Source: a virus. From it: 49,950 nt of DNA. The stretch lies in the UHGV virus genome UHGV-0044897. One strand, given 5' to 3'. Under the pieces are notes generated by a model that saw only the letters and a program-made list of their open reading frames with translations, did not search any database and was not told the DNA's origin. Position numbers and translations under genes: made by a program. Positions 1 through 8,303 of the stretch are shown here, in pieces (the stretch's first letter is position 1; every line of letters begins with the position of its first letter).

Positions 1-6
1 TTTGCA

Positions 7-70
7 ATCGATACATTTATATCGATACATTTATATCGATACATTTATATCGATAAATCCATATCGATAC
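7..70. repeat. 14-bp tandem repeat ATCGATACATTTAT (3 perfect copies, 1 degenerate, 1 partial)
   Basis: Copies start at 7, 21, 35, 49 (ATCGATAAATCCAT) and 63 (partial); each begins with the ATCGAT palindrome. Confidence 0.95.
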
Positions 71-185
71 GAACAACCAATATATGCAATACGCACAGAA
101 AAAGCACGAAGAACTATGCAGGGCGCACGGGGGAAACCAAAAAACAAAAAATCGTAAAAAATCTTAAAAAATCATACGAAAACAC

Positions 186-215
186 TTGACAAGGGGGAAA
201 AAGGTGTGCTATAAT
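186..215 (+). promoter_or_regulatory. sigmaA-type promoter for the plus-strand operon
   Basis: TTGACA (186-191), 18 nt, TGcTATAAT (-10 at 210-215). Confidence 0.8.
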
Positions 216-270
216 AGAAACGAGCTTGAAAAGCAAGCTTAGAAAACCAAAAAACGGAGGTTTTTGAAAA

Positions 271-492
271 ATGCAAAAAAAAATTAAAATCGGCGTGCGA
301 TTGAACAGCGCGGCGAGAAAGGACGGAAAGAGGGAAGGCGATGCGTGCGCCTGGCTGGACGGTAAAAAAGCTATTTATGAAGAAGTGTTCGGCGGCTGGA
401 CGTTCGAGGTTGAGAAGGTGGACTTCTTGCGGACGATAAACGAAGCCAGGGCGAGCGGGCTGGAAGTCCTCGGATTTACCGAAGAAAAGTAA
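271..492 (+). CDS. hypothetical protein, 73 aa
   Basis: GGAGG RBS upstream; first ORF after the promoter. Confidence 0.75.
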   Translation: MQKKIKIGVRLNSAARKDGKREGDACAWLDGKKAIYEEVFGGWTFEVEKVDFLRTINEARASGLEVLGFTEEK

Positions 493-582
493 AAGAGAGC
501 CGAGCGGAGCCGGCTGCAAAGCTCCGCCCCACCGCGCCGGGGATTGGTGCAAACAAAAAAACAAAAACGGAGAAATAAAAAA

Positions 583-1227
583 ATGAAAACATTAAACGAA
601 ATCAGAGAAGAAAGACAAGCAAACGCGGCAAGGGTTGCCGAACTTAACGAAAAGACAGAAAGAGCCGTAAACAGTTGGCGAAAAAAAGAACCCGTCCCGG
701 AAGACTTCGCGACGTTGGGAGCAGAACTGGCAACCGCTAAACAAATCGGTTTGATTTTAAAAAACAACTATAACTACAGACTCGCGGCGGACGTGCTGCC
801 GGCGTTGGTGGAAGTATTGAAAAAATACAACGGGAAAAAGTACGGCGAAAAGACGCAAGAAAAAATACGCGAGGAATTCAAAGCGATGACCGGTTGCGGG
901 CTTTATTTGGAGCGTTATACTTTTTCGCCAAAATGCAATAGCGCGCATGTTTACGAGATGCGCGACGGATACAAGCGGGGCGAAGAAATAGAGTTCGGCA
1001 CACAGCCGAATTTTATCATCAACGACGAGAATATTATACAGGCGCAACCGGCGGAAGCTTTCAGACTTTACGACTACCGCGAATATATCGAGGATCCAGC
1101 GGGAAGGGTTGCACAGCTCGCGGAAAAGAAAAAAGAGCTTGACGAGATGCGGGCGGCGTTCAATAAAGCAGTAGACAGTTACAACGCTTTGGCGGTCAAT
1201 GGCATTGACCACGAAAAAAGAGCATAA
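583..1227 (+). CDS. hypothetical coiled-coil protein
   Basis: Long ORF; ATG 583 preceded by GGAG; helical N- and C-termini. Confidence 0.8.
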   Translation: MKTLNEIREERQANAARVAELNEKTERAVNSWRKKEPVPEDFATLGAELATAKQIGLILKNNYNYRLAADVLPALVEVLKKYNGKKYGEKTQEKIREEFKAMTGCGLYLERYTFSPKCNSAHVYEMRDGYKRGEEIEFGTQPNFIINDENIIQAQPAEAFRLYDYREYIEDPAGRVAQLAEKKKELDEMRAAFNKAVDSYNALAVNGIDHEKRA

Positions 1228-1244
1228 AAAGGAGGGGCAAAAAA

Positions 1245-2288
1245 ATGGTTGAAAACGTTTACAATGGCGAAGACATAGCCGAATTTTTAACCGGGTGCGG
1301 GTGCGGGTGCGAGTTTCGCGCTCGTACCTTTTCTCCCTCTTCGGTTGTGTATTTCTTTGACTTGATAAACCCAATGACCACGGCGGCAAAAATGCGGGCG
1401 GCGGTTCGGGCGGTCGCCTTAACAATTCACAAAACGGCGATTTTAACAGATGGCGGGAAGTATAATTTTGCAATCGCGATCCCCCGCGAAAATCGAAGCT
1501 TCCCCACCTTTTACGACGTAGCAAACACCGGGCGAATATCGCCAAAAGATGGCGATATAATCTTCGGGATAAAAGAGGACGGGGAAAGACTTACGGCAAA
1601 CATCAACAGCCTTCCGCACCTGCTTATTAGCGGAGCGAGCGGCAGCGGCAAAAGCGTTTTTATGCATTCGGTCATCGCGTCACTTTCGTGTTTCTCTGCC
1701 CCCTATAAATGCGATTTTATAATGATTGACATGAAAGGCACGGAGCTGACACCCTGGCACAATTCCCGCCGGCTTATTCGCCCAGTGATAACAAACGCAC
1801 GCGAAGCCGTTCAAACCCTTGGCGACGTTGAAGCAACAATGAATAATCGATATAAAAAACTAATAGCCCGCGGAAAAATTGACAACTCGGCGGGCGATTT
1901 CCCCCGGCTGGTTGTTTTTATCGACGAGCTCGCAGATCTAATGCTTTACAAAAAAAAGGAAGCGACAAGGTTTTTAACCAGCATAGCACAAAAAGGCAGG
2001 GCGGCGGCGGTTCATTTGATACTCGCAACGCAGCGCCCCTCGGTGGACGTTGTAACGGGACTAATCAAAGCCAACATACCGGCGCGGGCAGTTTTCTCCA
2101 CGACTTCGGCAATCGATAGCATGGTAATGCTCGGACACAAAGGAGCGGAACAGCTCAAAGGCAAGGGGGATAGCCTGGTAAAACTCCCCAACGGTACCGA
2201 GTACCACGTGCAAGTGCCAAATTTTACGGCACAAATGATATATGACGTCACCCACCCGCGCCGAACACTCCCGGACATTTTCGACTAA
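1245..2288 (+). CDS. FtsK/SpoIIIE-family ATPase (motor domain only)
   Basis: PHLLISGASGSGKS Walker A, LVVFIDELADLM Walker B, IAQKGRAAAVHLILATQRPS, GAEQLKGKGD; AGGAGG RBS. Confidence 0.93.
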   Translation: MVENVYNGEDIAEFLTGCGCGCEFRARTFSPSSVVYFFDLINPMTTAAKMRAAVRAVALTIHKTAILTDGGKYNFAIAIPRENRSFPTFYDVANTGRISPKDGDIIFGIKEDGERLTANINSLPHLLISGASGSGKSVFMHSVIASLSCFSAPYKCDFIMIDMKGTELTPWHNSRRLIRPVITNAREAVQTLGDVEATMNNRYKKLIARGKIDNSAGDFPRLVVFIDELADLMLYKKKEATRFLTSIAQKGRAAAVHLILATQRPSVDVVTGLIKANIPARAVFSTTSAIDSMVMLGHKGAEQLKGKGDSLVKLPNGTEYHVQVPNFTAQMIYDVTHPRRTLPDIFD

Positions 2289-2299
2289 TACACATACAG

Positions 2300-2340
2300 A
2301 AAAAAGGCGGTTTCGCAATTGCGTTACCGTCTTTTCTTTT
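2300..2340. terminator. probable bidirectional intrinsic terminator
   Basis: A-tract, AGGCGGT...ACCGTCT stem, T-tract, between convergent operons. Confidence 0.7.
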
Positions 2341-2482
2341 ATAGTCTTGTTTTAACGCTGTTTTTGTGGGCTAATTTCGCCGCAACACTCGTCGCCGTGT
2401 AAATTCTTGTTTTAATGCTTTCGCCCAGCACAGGGCAAATTTAAGCTATTTTTGCGGTCGGGGTTTGGCGGGCTATTTTCGT

Positions 2483-2674
2483 TTAATCCCTCTGTTGGCG
2501 CCTTTTCTTCTCGTAAGTTTTAGCAATATCTCGGAAATCTTCACGAGTTGCGTGTATTTCCACGGTATAAAAGCAAGTCTGACACCGTGGGCAAAAGTGT
2601 TTGCGCCCTACTTTATTAACCGTGTTGCGGCTTTCTATAACGTGGCTTTCGGAACCACATAACGGGCATATCAT
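2483..2674 (-). CDS. NrdR-like N-terminal zinc-ribbon protein
   Basis: MICPLCGSESHVIESR...RKHFCPRCQTCFYTVE resembles the NrdR Zn ribbon; no ATP cone. Confidence 0.7.
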   Translation of the reverse strand: MICPLCGSESHVIESRNTVNKVGRKHFCPRCQTCFYTVEIHATREDFRDIAKTYEKKRRQQRD

Positions 2675-2838
2675 TTGTGCGTCTCCTTCTTGTTGTCAAG
2701 TTTAATGTCAATACGGATTAACGGTTTCGCTTGGTCAATCCTATACACAAGAATATTGTCGCGTGCAATTTTTTTGGTGAAGCCGGACGATACCGCTTCG
2801 ATGGCTTGCATTAACCATTTTTCATCAAAGTTGGTCAT
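2671..2838 (-). CDS. hypothetical protein, 55 aa (not in ORF track)
   Basis: Hand-translated MTNFDEKWLMQAIEAVSSGF...KKETHK; GAGGAG RBS; ATGA overlap with the next gene. Confidence 0.7.
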   Translation of the reverse strand: MTNFDEKWLMQAIEAVSSGFTKKIARDNILVYRIDQAKPLIRIDIKLDNKKETHK

Positions 2839-3100
2839 TTAGTTTTATCTCCTCGGCGCAATACTCTACGCCTAAAAAATCAAGTTGCGCGATCCGGCGG
2901 GCATACAGCCATTTTATAGCTTGTTGGCGCCCGTATTCCGTAAATGGAAAATAACAAGTTTCGCCACAACAAAAAGCTCGCAAAAAATGCGGCTCGTTGA
3001 TTGAGTATACTTCGATGGCGAAGTTGTAAGATATATCGCCGTACCGATGATATGGTTTCAAATCCGATAACGGCGGAATGTTAATTGATTTTAGTTTCAT
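2825..3100 (-). CDS. hypothetical protein
   Basis: ORF in a tightly packed operon. Confidence 0.65.
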   Translation of the reverse strand: MKLKSINIPPLSDLKPYHRYGDISYNFAIEVYSINEPHFLRAFCCGETCYFPFTEYGRQQAIKWLYARRIAQLDFLGVEYCAEEIKLNDQL

Positions 3101-3313
3101 TTATTTTCAGTCCTTGTTGGTCAAGTATAACACAATCACCCACTGTTGGCAAATAGTCCAATTCGTAAGCCCATAGTTCTTCTTGCGTAAGTTGGCGGTC
3201 GTAAATTAGTATGTCGTAATATTTGCCAGTTGGGTCATCTAAACGCAAGATAAACCCATTGGTTGGCATCCTATCGAACAACCACGCAAACGCATCCCGT
3301 AAAAATATTTCAT
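3081..3313 (-). CDS. DarA C-terminal-like (defence-against-restriction) domain protein, split by a -1 frameshift
   Basis: AAGGAG RBS and ATG 3313 give MKYFYGMRLRGCSIGCQPMG; the -1 frame continues FILRLDDPTGKYYDILIYDRQLTQEELWAYEL; junction is G GGT TTA (3257-3251). Confidence 0.7.
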
Positions 3314-3424
3314 GTTGTCTCCTTTTTCTCCCGTAGCAGAGGGCGGTCTGCCTAATTTACGGAGAAATAAATGCAGTCTTCAGAACAGATCTATATGCAA
3401 TCACGCCGCCCCGTGTTTACATCG

Positions 3425-3607
3425 TTATTGAGTTAAAGCTTCACGTAAACGTTTCAACTCGTCTGCCGTCGCCTTTAAGCGGCTATATTGTCTATGCCCC
3501 TCATAACACGTGTTGCTGCTTATTGACTTAAAACAGCACATAGTCAGCCGATAATTACATTCAATGCAATTCCTGAAACAGTATTTTTTTCTGCTTGGTT
3601 TATCCAT
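3425..3607 (-). CDS. small Cys-rich hypothetical protein
   Basis: 60-aa ORF with CxxCxxC. Confidence 0.55.
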   Translation of the reverse strand: MDKPSRKKYCFRNCIECNYRLTMCCFKSISSNTCYEGHRQYSRLKATADELKRLREALTQ

Positions 3608-3635
3608 TTAGTTTTTTCCCTTGCATTTCCTGCTC

Positions 3636-4238
3636 TTATACAATAGTTGCGTTGCAATATGTTTCTAAAAATTCAAGCTCTTTCTTTTTCTTTGCATACT
3701 CCGCAAGGAAAGCCCAGCGAACATAACGTATACAAAACTGATAAAAACTTGTGCTTGTCTTATATTGCGATAAATGTTCCCATATCATACGATAGCTTTC
3801 ACCTATTACGTCGTCAATATCGCATATGGCATAACTGTTCATTCGTTTTGCCCCAACGAAATGCTTGACACATTTTACGACAGAAGAATTAAACACTTCT
3901 ATTTGTTCGGCGTTGGGTGGTATAGTGTATCCTGTGGAAATAAAAAGGTTGTCTATCCGACAGTTCCATATATCACCGTCTTTGTGATATACTTTCATTC
4001 CTTTTTTGTAATTCTTGCCAAATGCCTTATAAACCTCTACTGCAAGCGAGGCATGTTTTCTTGCGTTCCCGCTTTTGCGCCTGATGTTAATGTTGCAAAA
4101 TGGATATACATATTGTCCATTGTACTTTTTTGTCGTTGTCGGCTTACATTCTTTCCCTCTGGGGTTTATAATTCGCCCGAAGTTGCTTATTTTGTAACCG
4201 TCAAACGGCGGTTCTAAGTTCTTAAAAATCTCTTCCAT
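3636..4238 (-). CDS. NUMOD4/HNH-like protein with a sigma70 region-2-like C-terminus
   Basis: YKISNFGRI; VYHKDGDIWNCRIDNL; DIDDVIGESYRMIWEHLSQYKTSTSFYQFCIRYVR. Confidence 0.65.
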   Translation of the reverse strand: MEEIFKNLEPPFDGYKISNFGRIINPRGKECKPTTTKKYNGQYVYPFCNINIRRKSGNARKHASLAVEVYKAFGKNYKKGMKVYHKDGDIWNCRIDNLFISTGYTIPPNAEQIEVFNSSVVKCVKHFVGAKRMNSYAICDIDDVIGESYRMIWEHLSQYKTSTSFYQFCIRYVRWAFLAEYAKKKKELEFLETYCNATIV

Positions 4239-4404
4239 TGTCCTAAAAAAATAAGAAAGGGCGGTTTCTCATTGCACACTTTTTTTATAAATTATAACAA
4301 AAGAACAAAACTTGCTTTTTGAATATTTTGAAAAATACACTTGCTTAAATTTTGTTTTTTATTTGCTAACTGCCGCCCCAGTAATAGCCTATAATGGATA
4401 AGTT

Positions 4405-4620
4405 TCAATCTGCTTTGTTATTGCCGAGTTGTTTTTTTACATATTCAACGCCATTTATTGTTATTTCATCAGGCAATGTGCAAATCGTAAACTTAGGTAT
4501 TATGCATCCATTAACCCACTTGTCTTCATAAAAACAACTTGAGCTAACACAATAGCCGTTGCTATTTGCATATTGACAAGGTACGCCCTTATCTTTGCAA
4601 AAATACTGTACGATATTCAT
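4405..4620 (-). CDS. Cys-rich hypothetical protein
   Basis: ATGA-coupled ORF. Confidence 0.6.
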   Translation of the reverse strand: MNIVQYFCKDKGVPCQYANSNGYCVSSSCFYEDKWVNGCIIPKFTICTLPDEITINGVEYVKKQLGNNKAD

Positions 4621-4838
4621 TCTTCTTGTCTCTTTTCTTCAACATAACGCACGAATTCTTTCAAAACACTGCCCTCAGGTATATGCTCGTTCGCTCCTTT
4701 TATAATCAGACGTTTTGTTTTCAACGAATAACTTGCAATGACATATAAACAGTTGCCGATCCCGCCGAATAAATAGTAGAGATGCGGTCTGTTTTTCCAC
4801 AAGTCTTTGTCAACGGAATAACTCTCAAAGTTTTTCAT
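4617..4838 (-). CDS. hypothetical protein
   Basis: Overlaps both neighbours. Confidence 0.6.
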   Translation of the reverse strand: MKNFESYSVDKDLWKNRPHLYYLFGGIGNCLYVIASYSLKTKRLIIKGANEHIPEGSVLKEFVRYVEEKRQEE

Positions 4839-5220
4839 TCCCTAATAACTCCTTGTTATCATAAATGTTGCCAATAACTTCTACGTCTTCGGGACATTCG
4901 ACCTCATCTTCGCAACAACCGCAACCGTCACCGCAAGCGAACGGAAACCAACCACGACGGGCTTCGGAAAAACGCACTTCATATACGTTTTTACCAATTA
5001 TGCTTTTCGTTTTTACAATATCGCACTCGAAAATCTTCTTGCCGTTTTTATCAACAAGCCCCGTGAACTGTCTAACGGTTGCGGGGATAACTTCTGTCAT
5101 ATTCGGGTTATCGCCCGTCATCCCCCACAAAAGAAAAGTTCTGTTCCATTGCTTAAAAAGATAACCCTCTGTCCATTCGCCGTTGTCTGCTCGTTTGCCT
5201 TTAAATAAAATTTCCCTCAT
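4825..5220 (-). CDS. YopX family protein
   Basis: MREILFKGKR...QFTGLVDKNGKKIFECDIV...EVIGNIYDNKELL. Confidence 0.92.
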   Translation of the reverse strand: MREILFKGKRADNGEWTEGYLFKQWNRTFLLWGMTGDNPNMTEVIPATVRQFTGLVDKNGKKIFECDIVKTKSIIGKNVYEVRFSEARRGWFPFACGDGCGCCEDEVECPEDVEVIGNIYDNKELLGNEKL

Positions 5221-5390
5221 CTTGCTTTCTCCAGAAACTTCGGTGGCAATGAGCCTGCTCGATAAATCACCACTTTGATGTTGAGATTGTGTTCGTCGAT
5301 AAACTGTTCAAGGTCATCGACGTCAATGCTTCCGTCTTCTACCAACAAGATTTTGTATTCTTGCTTTTTTGCCTGTTTCTGCTTTTTCAT
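5217..5390 (-). CDS. small hypothetical protein, copy 1 (paralog at 12081-12248)
   Basis: KKQEYKILLVEDGSIDVDDL...KVVIYRAGSLPPKFLEK. Confidence 0.75.
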   Translation of the reverse strand: MKKQKQAKKQEYKILLVEDGSIDVDDLEQFIDEHNLNIKVVIYRAGSLPPKFLEKAR

Positions 5391-5803
5391 TTTTCGCACT
5401 CCTTTAATATCTCGTCTACTTTATCAAGAATAGCCTTTTTCGAGAATGTATCTCCGTCGTCGTAGTAGGCAAATAGGCTTTCAATTTTATGCACGGCGTC
5501 TTTAACTGCGTTTTTCTGCGCTGTCTTCACAAAATCGCAATTCAACCGTGCTTCTTTTTCAAGTTTTAACTCGGCTATCGTTGTTTCCAATTCTATCCGC
5601 TTTTTTTGCCACGCCTTGCGTTCTTCTGCGAAATCGTCCGTATTTGCAGTCGGTTTATATCGGAAACCTGCGTCGTAATAGGCTTCGGCTTCGCCCTTGA
5701 CAAACCGCATATGTTCGGGATTTGCGCACTCTTCTTGGGTCATTTCAAAACAGTGTTGACATATGACCTTTTGCAATTCGTTTATTTGTTGTTCTCTGTC
5801 CAT
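5387..5803 (-). CDS. hypothetical protein (distant paralog of 12971-13537)
   Basis: ATG 5803 with AGGAG RBS; EQQI.E, AGFR and K.....L motifs shared with the paralog. Confidence 0.7.
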   Translation of the reverse strand: MDREQQINELQKVICQHCFEMTQEECANPEHMRFVKGEAEAYYDAGFRYKPTANTDDFAEERKAWQKKRIELETTIAELKLEKEARLNCDFVKTAQKNAVKDAVHKIESLFAYYDDGDTFSKKAILDKVDEILKECEK

Positions 5804-5901
5804 TATATCACTCCTATTGTCATCAAATGTATTATTACACATGTTGCAGTCAGCAGCAAGCAAATCACAGTCAATGACAATGTTTTTTTCCAAGTTTTCA
5901 T
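5803..5901 (-). CDS. 32-aa single-TM peptide (not in ORF track)
   Basis: MKTWKKTLSLTVICLLLTATCVIIHLMTIGVI; ATGA and TAATG overlaps with both neighbours. Confidence 0.55.
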   Translation of the reverse strand: MKTWKKTLSLTVICLLLTATCVIIHLMTIGVI

Positions 5902-6044
5902 TCTTTCTTTTTATGTTCCTTTTCTATTTGTTGCAGTTTAAAAATCACCGATGCCGTTAAAAGGCAAACACTGCGACAAGCTTCTTTCAACGTTGACAAG
6001 AATTCCTCGTCAATCGCGATTGTTACTTTATTGTTTTCGTCCAT
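5898..6044 (-). CDS. hypothetical protein, 48 aa (not in ORF track)
   Basis: MDENNKVTIAIDEEFLSTLKEAC...; fills the operon gap. Confidence 0.55.
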   Translation of the reverse strand: MDENNKVTIAIDEEFLSTLKEACRSVCLLTASVIFKLQQIEKEHKKKE

Positions 6045-6049
6045 CTTTA

Positions 6050-6484
6050 TCACCACTTATACGGGCAACCGTTTTCATTACGTGCTTCCACCCCGCACGT
6101 TACCGCCATATCATATGTTGGGCAAGATTTATAATCGCACTTGTCGCAATCGCAACAATGAAACGCAATCATATCTTCGACTTGCTTTTCTAAATCACGC
6201 ACGTCGTAATACGATAAAGCTTTAGTGCTTGCACATTTACTGACAACCTTTATTGTATTTACCTCTAACGTGCCTTTTATTTTTCGTTTGTAGGCAGCGC
6301 CAAACCTATCACATACGGAATTATTAAAAGCCCTTAAATGTTCTTCAGCGTGTTCCAGCTCGTCTTTTTCAAATTCTGTTAAAGCGTTGTTATCCTTAAA
6401 TTCGGATATAATCTCGGTCAAAATCAATAAAATAATATGCCTGTCACGCTCGTCTTTGTTGAAATACTCTTTCATCGTTTCCAC
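6050..6484 (-). CDS. conserved phage protein with Cys-rich C-terminus (DUF5651-like)
   Basis: MKEYFNKDER...HCCDCDKCDYKSC...GCPY. Confidence 0.65.
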   Translation of the reverse strand: METMKEYFNKDERDRHIILLILTEIISEFKDNNALTEFEKDELEHAEEHLRAFNNSVCDRFGAAYKRKIKGTLEVNTIKVVSKCASTKALSYYDVRDLEKQVEDMIAFHCCDCDKCDYKSCPTYDMAVTCGVEARNENGCPYKW

Positions 6485-6777
6485 TCCTGCGTTATGCGGT
6501 CAATAAGTCCGCCGGGCATACAAACATGTTTAACAAATGTTTTGCTATCCGAAACCCACTTACCATTTTCAAACCATTTAACATCGGCTTCATATTTAGT
6601 TAAAGCATCTTTGATTTTTGACGCAAAATCATTGATAGCCCCATTGCGCCAATGAATGTTTTCCCATACAAGCTCACGAATAAACTGCAATGTTTCATCT
6701 ACAACAGCGGTATTTTTCCCTGTTCGGATCTCGTCCAAAGCTTGAACAGTATCGTAGAATTTTTTCATATCACTCAT
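6472..6777 (-). CDS. hypothetical protein
   Basis: Start revised to ATG 6777 (GAGGAG RBS). Confidence 0.65.
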   Translation of the reverse strand: MSDMKKFYDTVQALDEIRTGKNTAVVDETLQFIRELVWENIHWRNGAINDFASKIKDALTKYEADVKWFENGKWVSDSKTFVKHVCMPGGLIDRITQEWKR

Positions 6778-6883
6778 CTTTGTCCGTCTCCTCTTCGTCT
6801 TCGTCTTCATCTTTGTCTTCGTCTTCGTCAAGCCAGCCAAGCGCATAAAACGCACGCATTTCTTCGTCAGTCAGACAACACAT
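6770..6883 (-). CDS. 37-aa extremely acidic peptide (not in ORF track)
   Basis: MCCLTDEEMRAFYALGWLDEDEDKDEDEDEEETDKDE; GGAGG RBS; explains the GACGAA repeat. Confidence 0.65.
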   Translation of the reverse strand: MCCLTDEEMRAFYALGWLDEDEDKDEDEDEEETDKDE

Positions 6884-7199
6884 TTTCGTCACCCTCCACA
6901 ACCTTGTCAATAGTTCCGTCGATAATTGCCTTTACAATATGGTCGCCCAAAAGATACGGGAAATCTATCGTTGTCCCCTCAGCCGTTACAGTTGAATACT
7001 GGGCAAACGTCTCTTTCCAATATTTGGTCAAGCGTTCTTTAACCGCTTTTATCGTCGCCTGTTCAATGTTTTTCTTGCACTCATTAACGGCAATCGCAAC
7101 TTCAATCGCAGTCTTTCCTCTTTCTGTCAATGTAGCATAACCGTCATTTGCTAAATCACGCAAAACTTTTGCTTCTTCGATGTTCATAATATCCTTCAT
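6867..7199 (-). CDS. hypothetical protein
   Basis: ATG 7199 with AAGGAG RBS, directly after a promoter. Confidence 0.7.
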   Translation of the reverse strand: MKDIMNIEEAKVLRDLANDGYATLTERGKTAIEVAIAVNECKKNIEQATIKAVKERLTKYWKETFAQYSTVTAEGTTIDFPYLLGDHIVKAIIDGTIDKVVEGDENVLSD

Positions 7200-7238
7200 T
7201 TTTTTATTTCTCCTTGCCTTTCGGCTTTTTATGCTCTT

Positions 7239-7267
7239 ATTATAACACCATATTTGGCGGTTGTCAA
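7239..7267 (-). promoter_or_regulatory. sigmaA promoter
   Basis: TTGACA, 17 nt, TGtTATAAT. Confidence 0.85.
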
Positions 7268-7302
7268 GCATTTTTTAATGATTTATAGAAAAATATTGAA
7301 AA

Positions 7303-7998
7303 TTATAAATCAAATATCGAGCCTTGACTTTTCACGTCGTTAAGCCATTTTTGCCCTTTTTCAAATATCTGTTTGTCTTTCTCGCAAGTTATAAAATGTC
7401 GATTGCTCTTTGCACAAGCAACGGCAAGAGAAAAACTTCCCCCAAACGGATCCAAAATTACATCACCCTCTTTTGTGTAAAAATTCAACAGTTTATACCA
7501 TAACTGCGTTGGTTTTTGCGTAGGATGGAACCGAAAATCCGGATGCTTTTTGTCTTGTTGCAACATCCCGTTATACATATAGTTAAAAACACGAGCAACG
7601 CCTTGACTGCACCAAGCAAGTTCACAATCGGCGAAATCATTTCTGTCGCGTTTATGTGGCAAACGCTTATCCCACACAAGCCAACTTTTAGTTGGGGGCA
7701 AAATGTCCGTGTAATAATTCCCACCAAATATAATTTGGTTTGTAGAAGTGCTGAATATCAAATCGAAATATTCATTAGTGAGACGGTCACTGTCCCAATC
7801 TGCCACACCGACATAATCACGTTTCGCTGCTTTGGCATTTGATTTTTCCGGTTTATGTAAAGTAAATGTCATTTTACCGATGTTCAATCCATACGGGGGA
7901 TCTGTAATACACCAATCGGCTTTTATGCCCATTTTTTGCATTCCGAGTAGCAACTCTTTGCAATCACAATTATATGCTTTATCAATTTCAATCTCCAT
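7303..7998 (-). CDS. N6-A/N4-C DNA methyltransferase (beta class)
   Basis: TDPPY...HPTQKP...ILDPFGGS. Confidence 0.93.
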   Translation of the reverse strand: MEIEIDKAYNCDCKELLLGMQKMGIKADWCITDPPYGLNIGKMTFTLHKPEKSNAKAAKRDYVGVADWDSDRLTNEYFDLIFSTSTNQIIFGGNYYTDILPPTKSWLVWDKRLPHKRDRNDFADCELAWCSQGVARVFNYMYNGMLQQDKKHPDFRFHPTQKPTQLWYKLLNFYTKEGDVILDPFGGSFSLAVACAKSNRHFITCEKDKQIFEKGQKWLNDVKSQGSIFDL

Positions 7999-8302
7999 TC
8001 ACCACCTCAATCGAATTATCTTCTTCCTCATGGCAAACGTCCCAAAAGGCTTGTGTAATGCGCTGATATTCTGCAGCATAATCAAACAACAACTCCCAGT
8101 TTTCTTTAATAAACTGCGCTGTAATATATCTGCTTAATTCAGGACGCCTTGACGAATAATACGTTAATATTTTGTCTACCTCAGCGCCACCATTTTTCCC
8201 AAAACAAGCATAGTCTATTTTAGCACACAAATCGTTCCCTTTGTCTAAAAGCTCAATGGCGCCTTCTTTTTCTCCCAAAAAACTTAATAATTCGCTCTTC
8301 AT
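7988..8302 (-). CDS. hypothetical protein
   Basis: ATG 8302 with AAGGAG RBS. Confidence 0.65.
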   Translation of the reverse strand: MKSELLSFLGEKEGAIELLDKGNDLCAKIDYACFGKNGGAEVDKILTYYSSRRPELSRYITAQFIKENWELLFDYAAEYQRITQAFWDVCHEEEDNSIEVVNGD

Positions 8303-8303
8303 T

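Noticed and set aside
7..70. CRISPR array
   Set aside because: Tandem 14-bp units without spacers; no cas genes
757..1545. 262-aa minus-strand ORF and similar antisense ORFs elsewhere
   Set aside because: Overlap well-supported genes on the opposite strand
6778..6855. KTKTK N-terminal extension of ORF 6472-6855
   Set aside because: The repeat is better explained by the acidic peptide in another frame; the likely start is 6777
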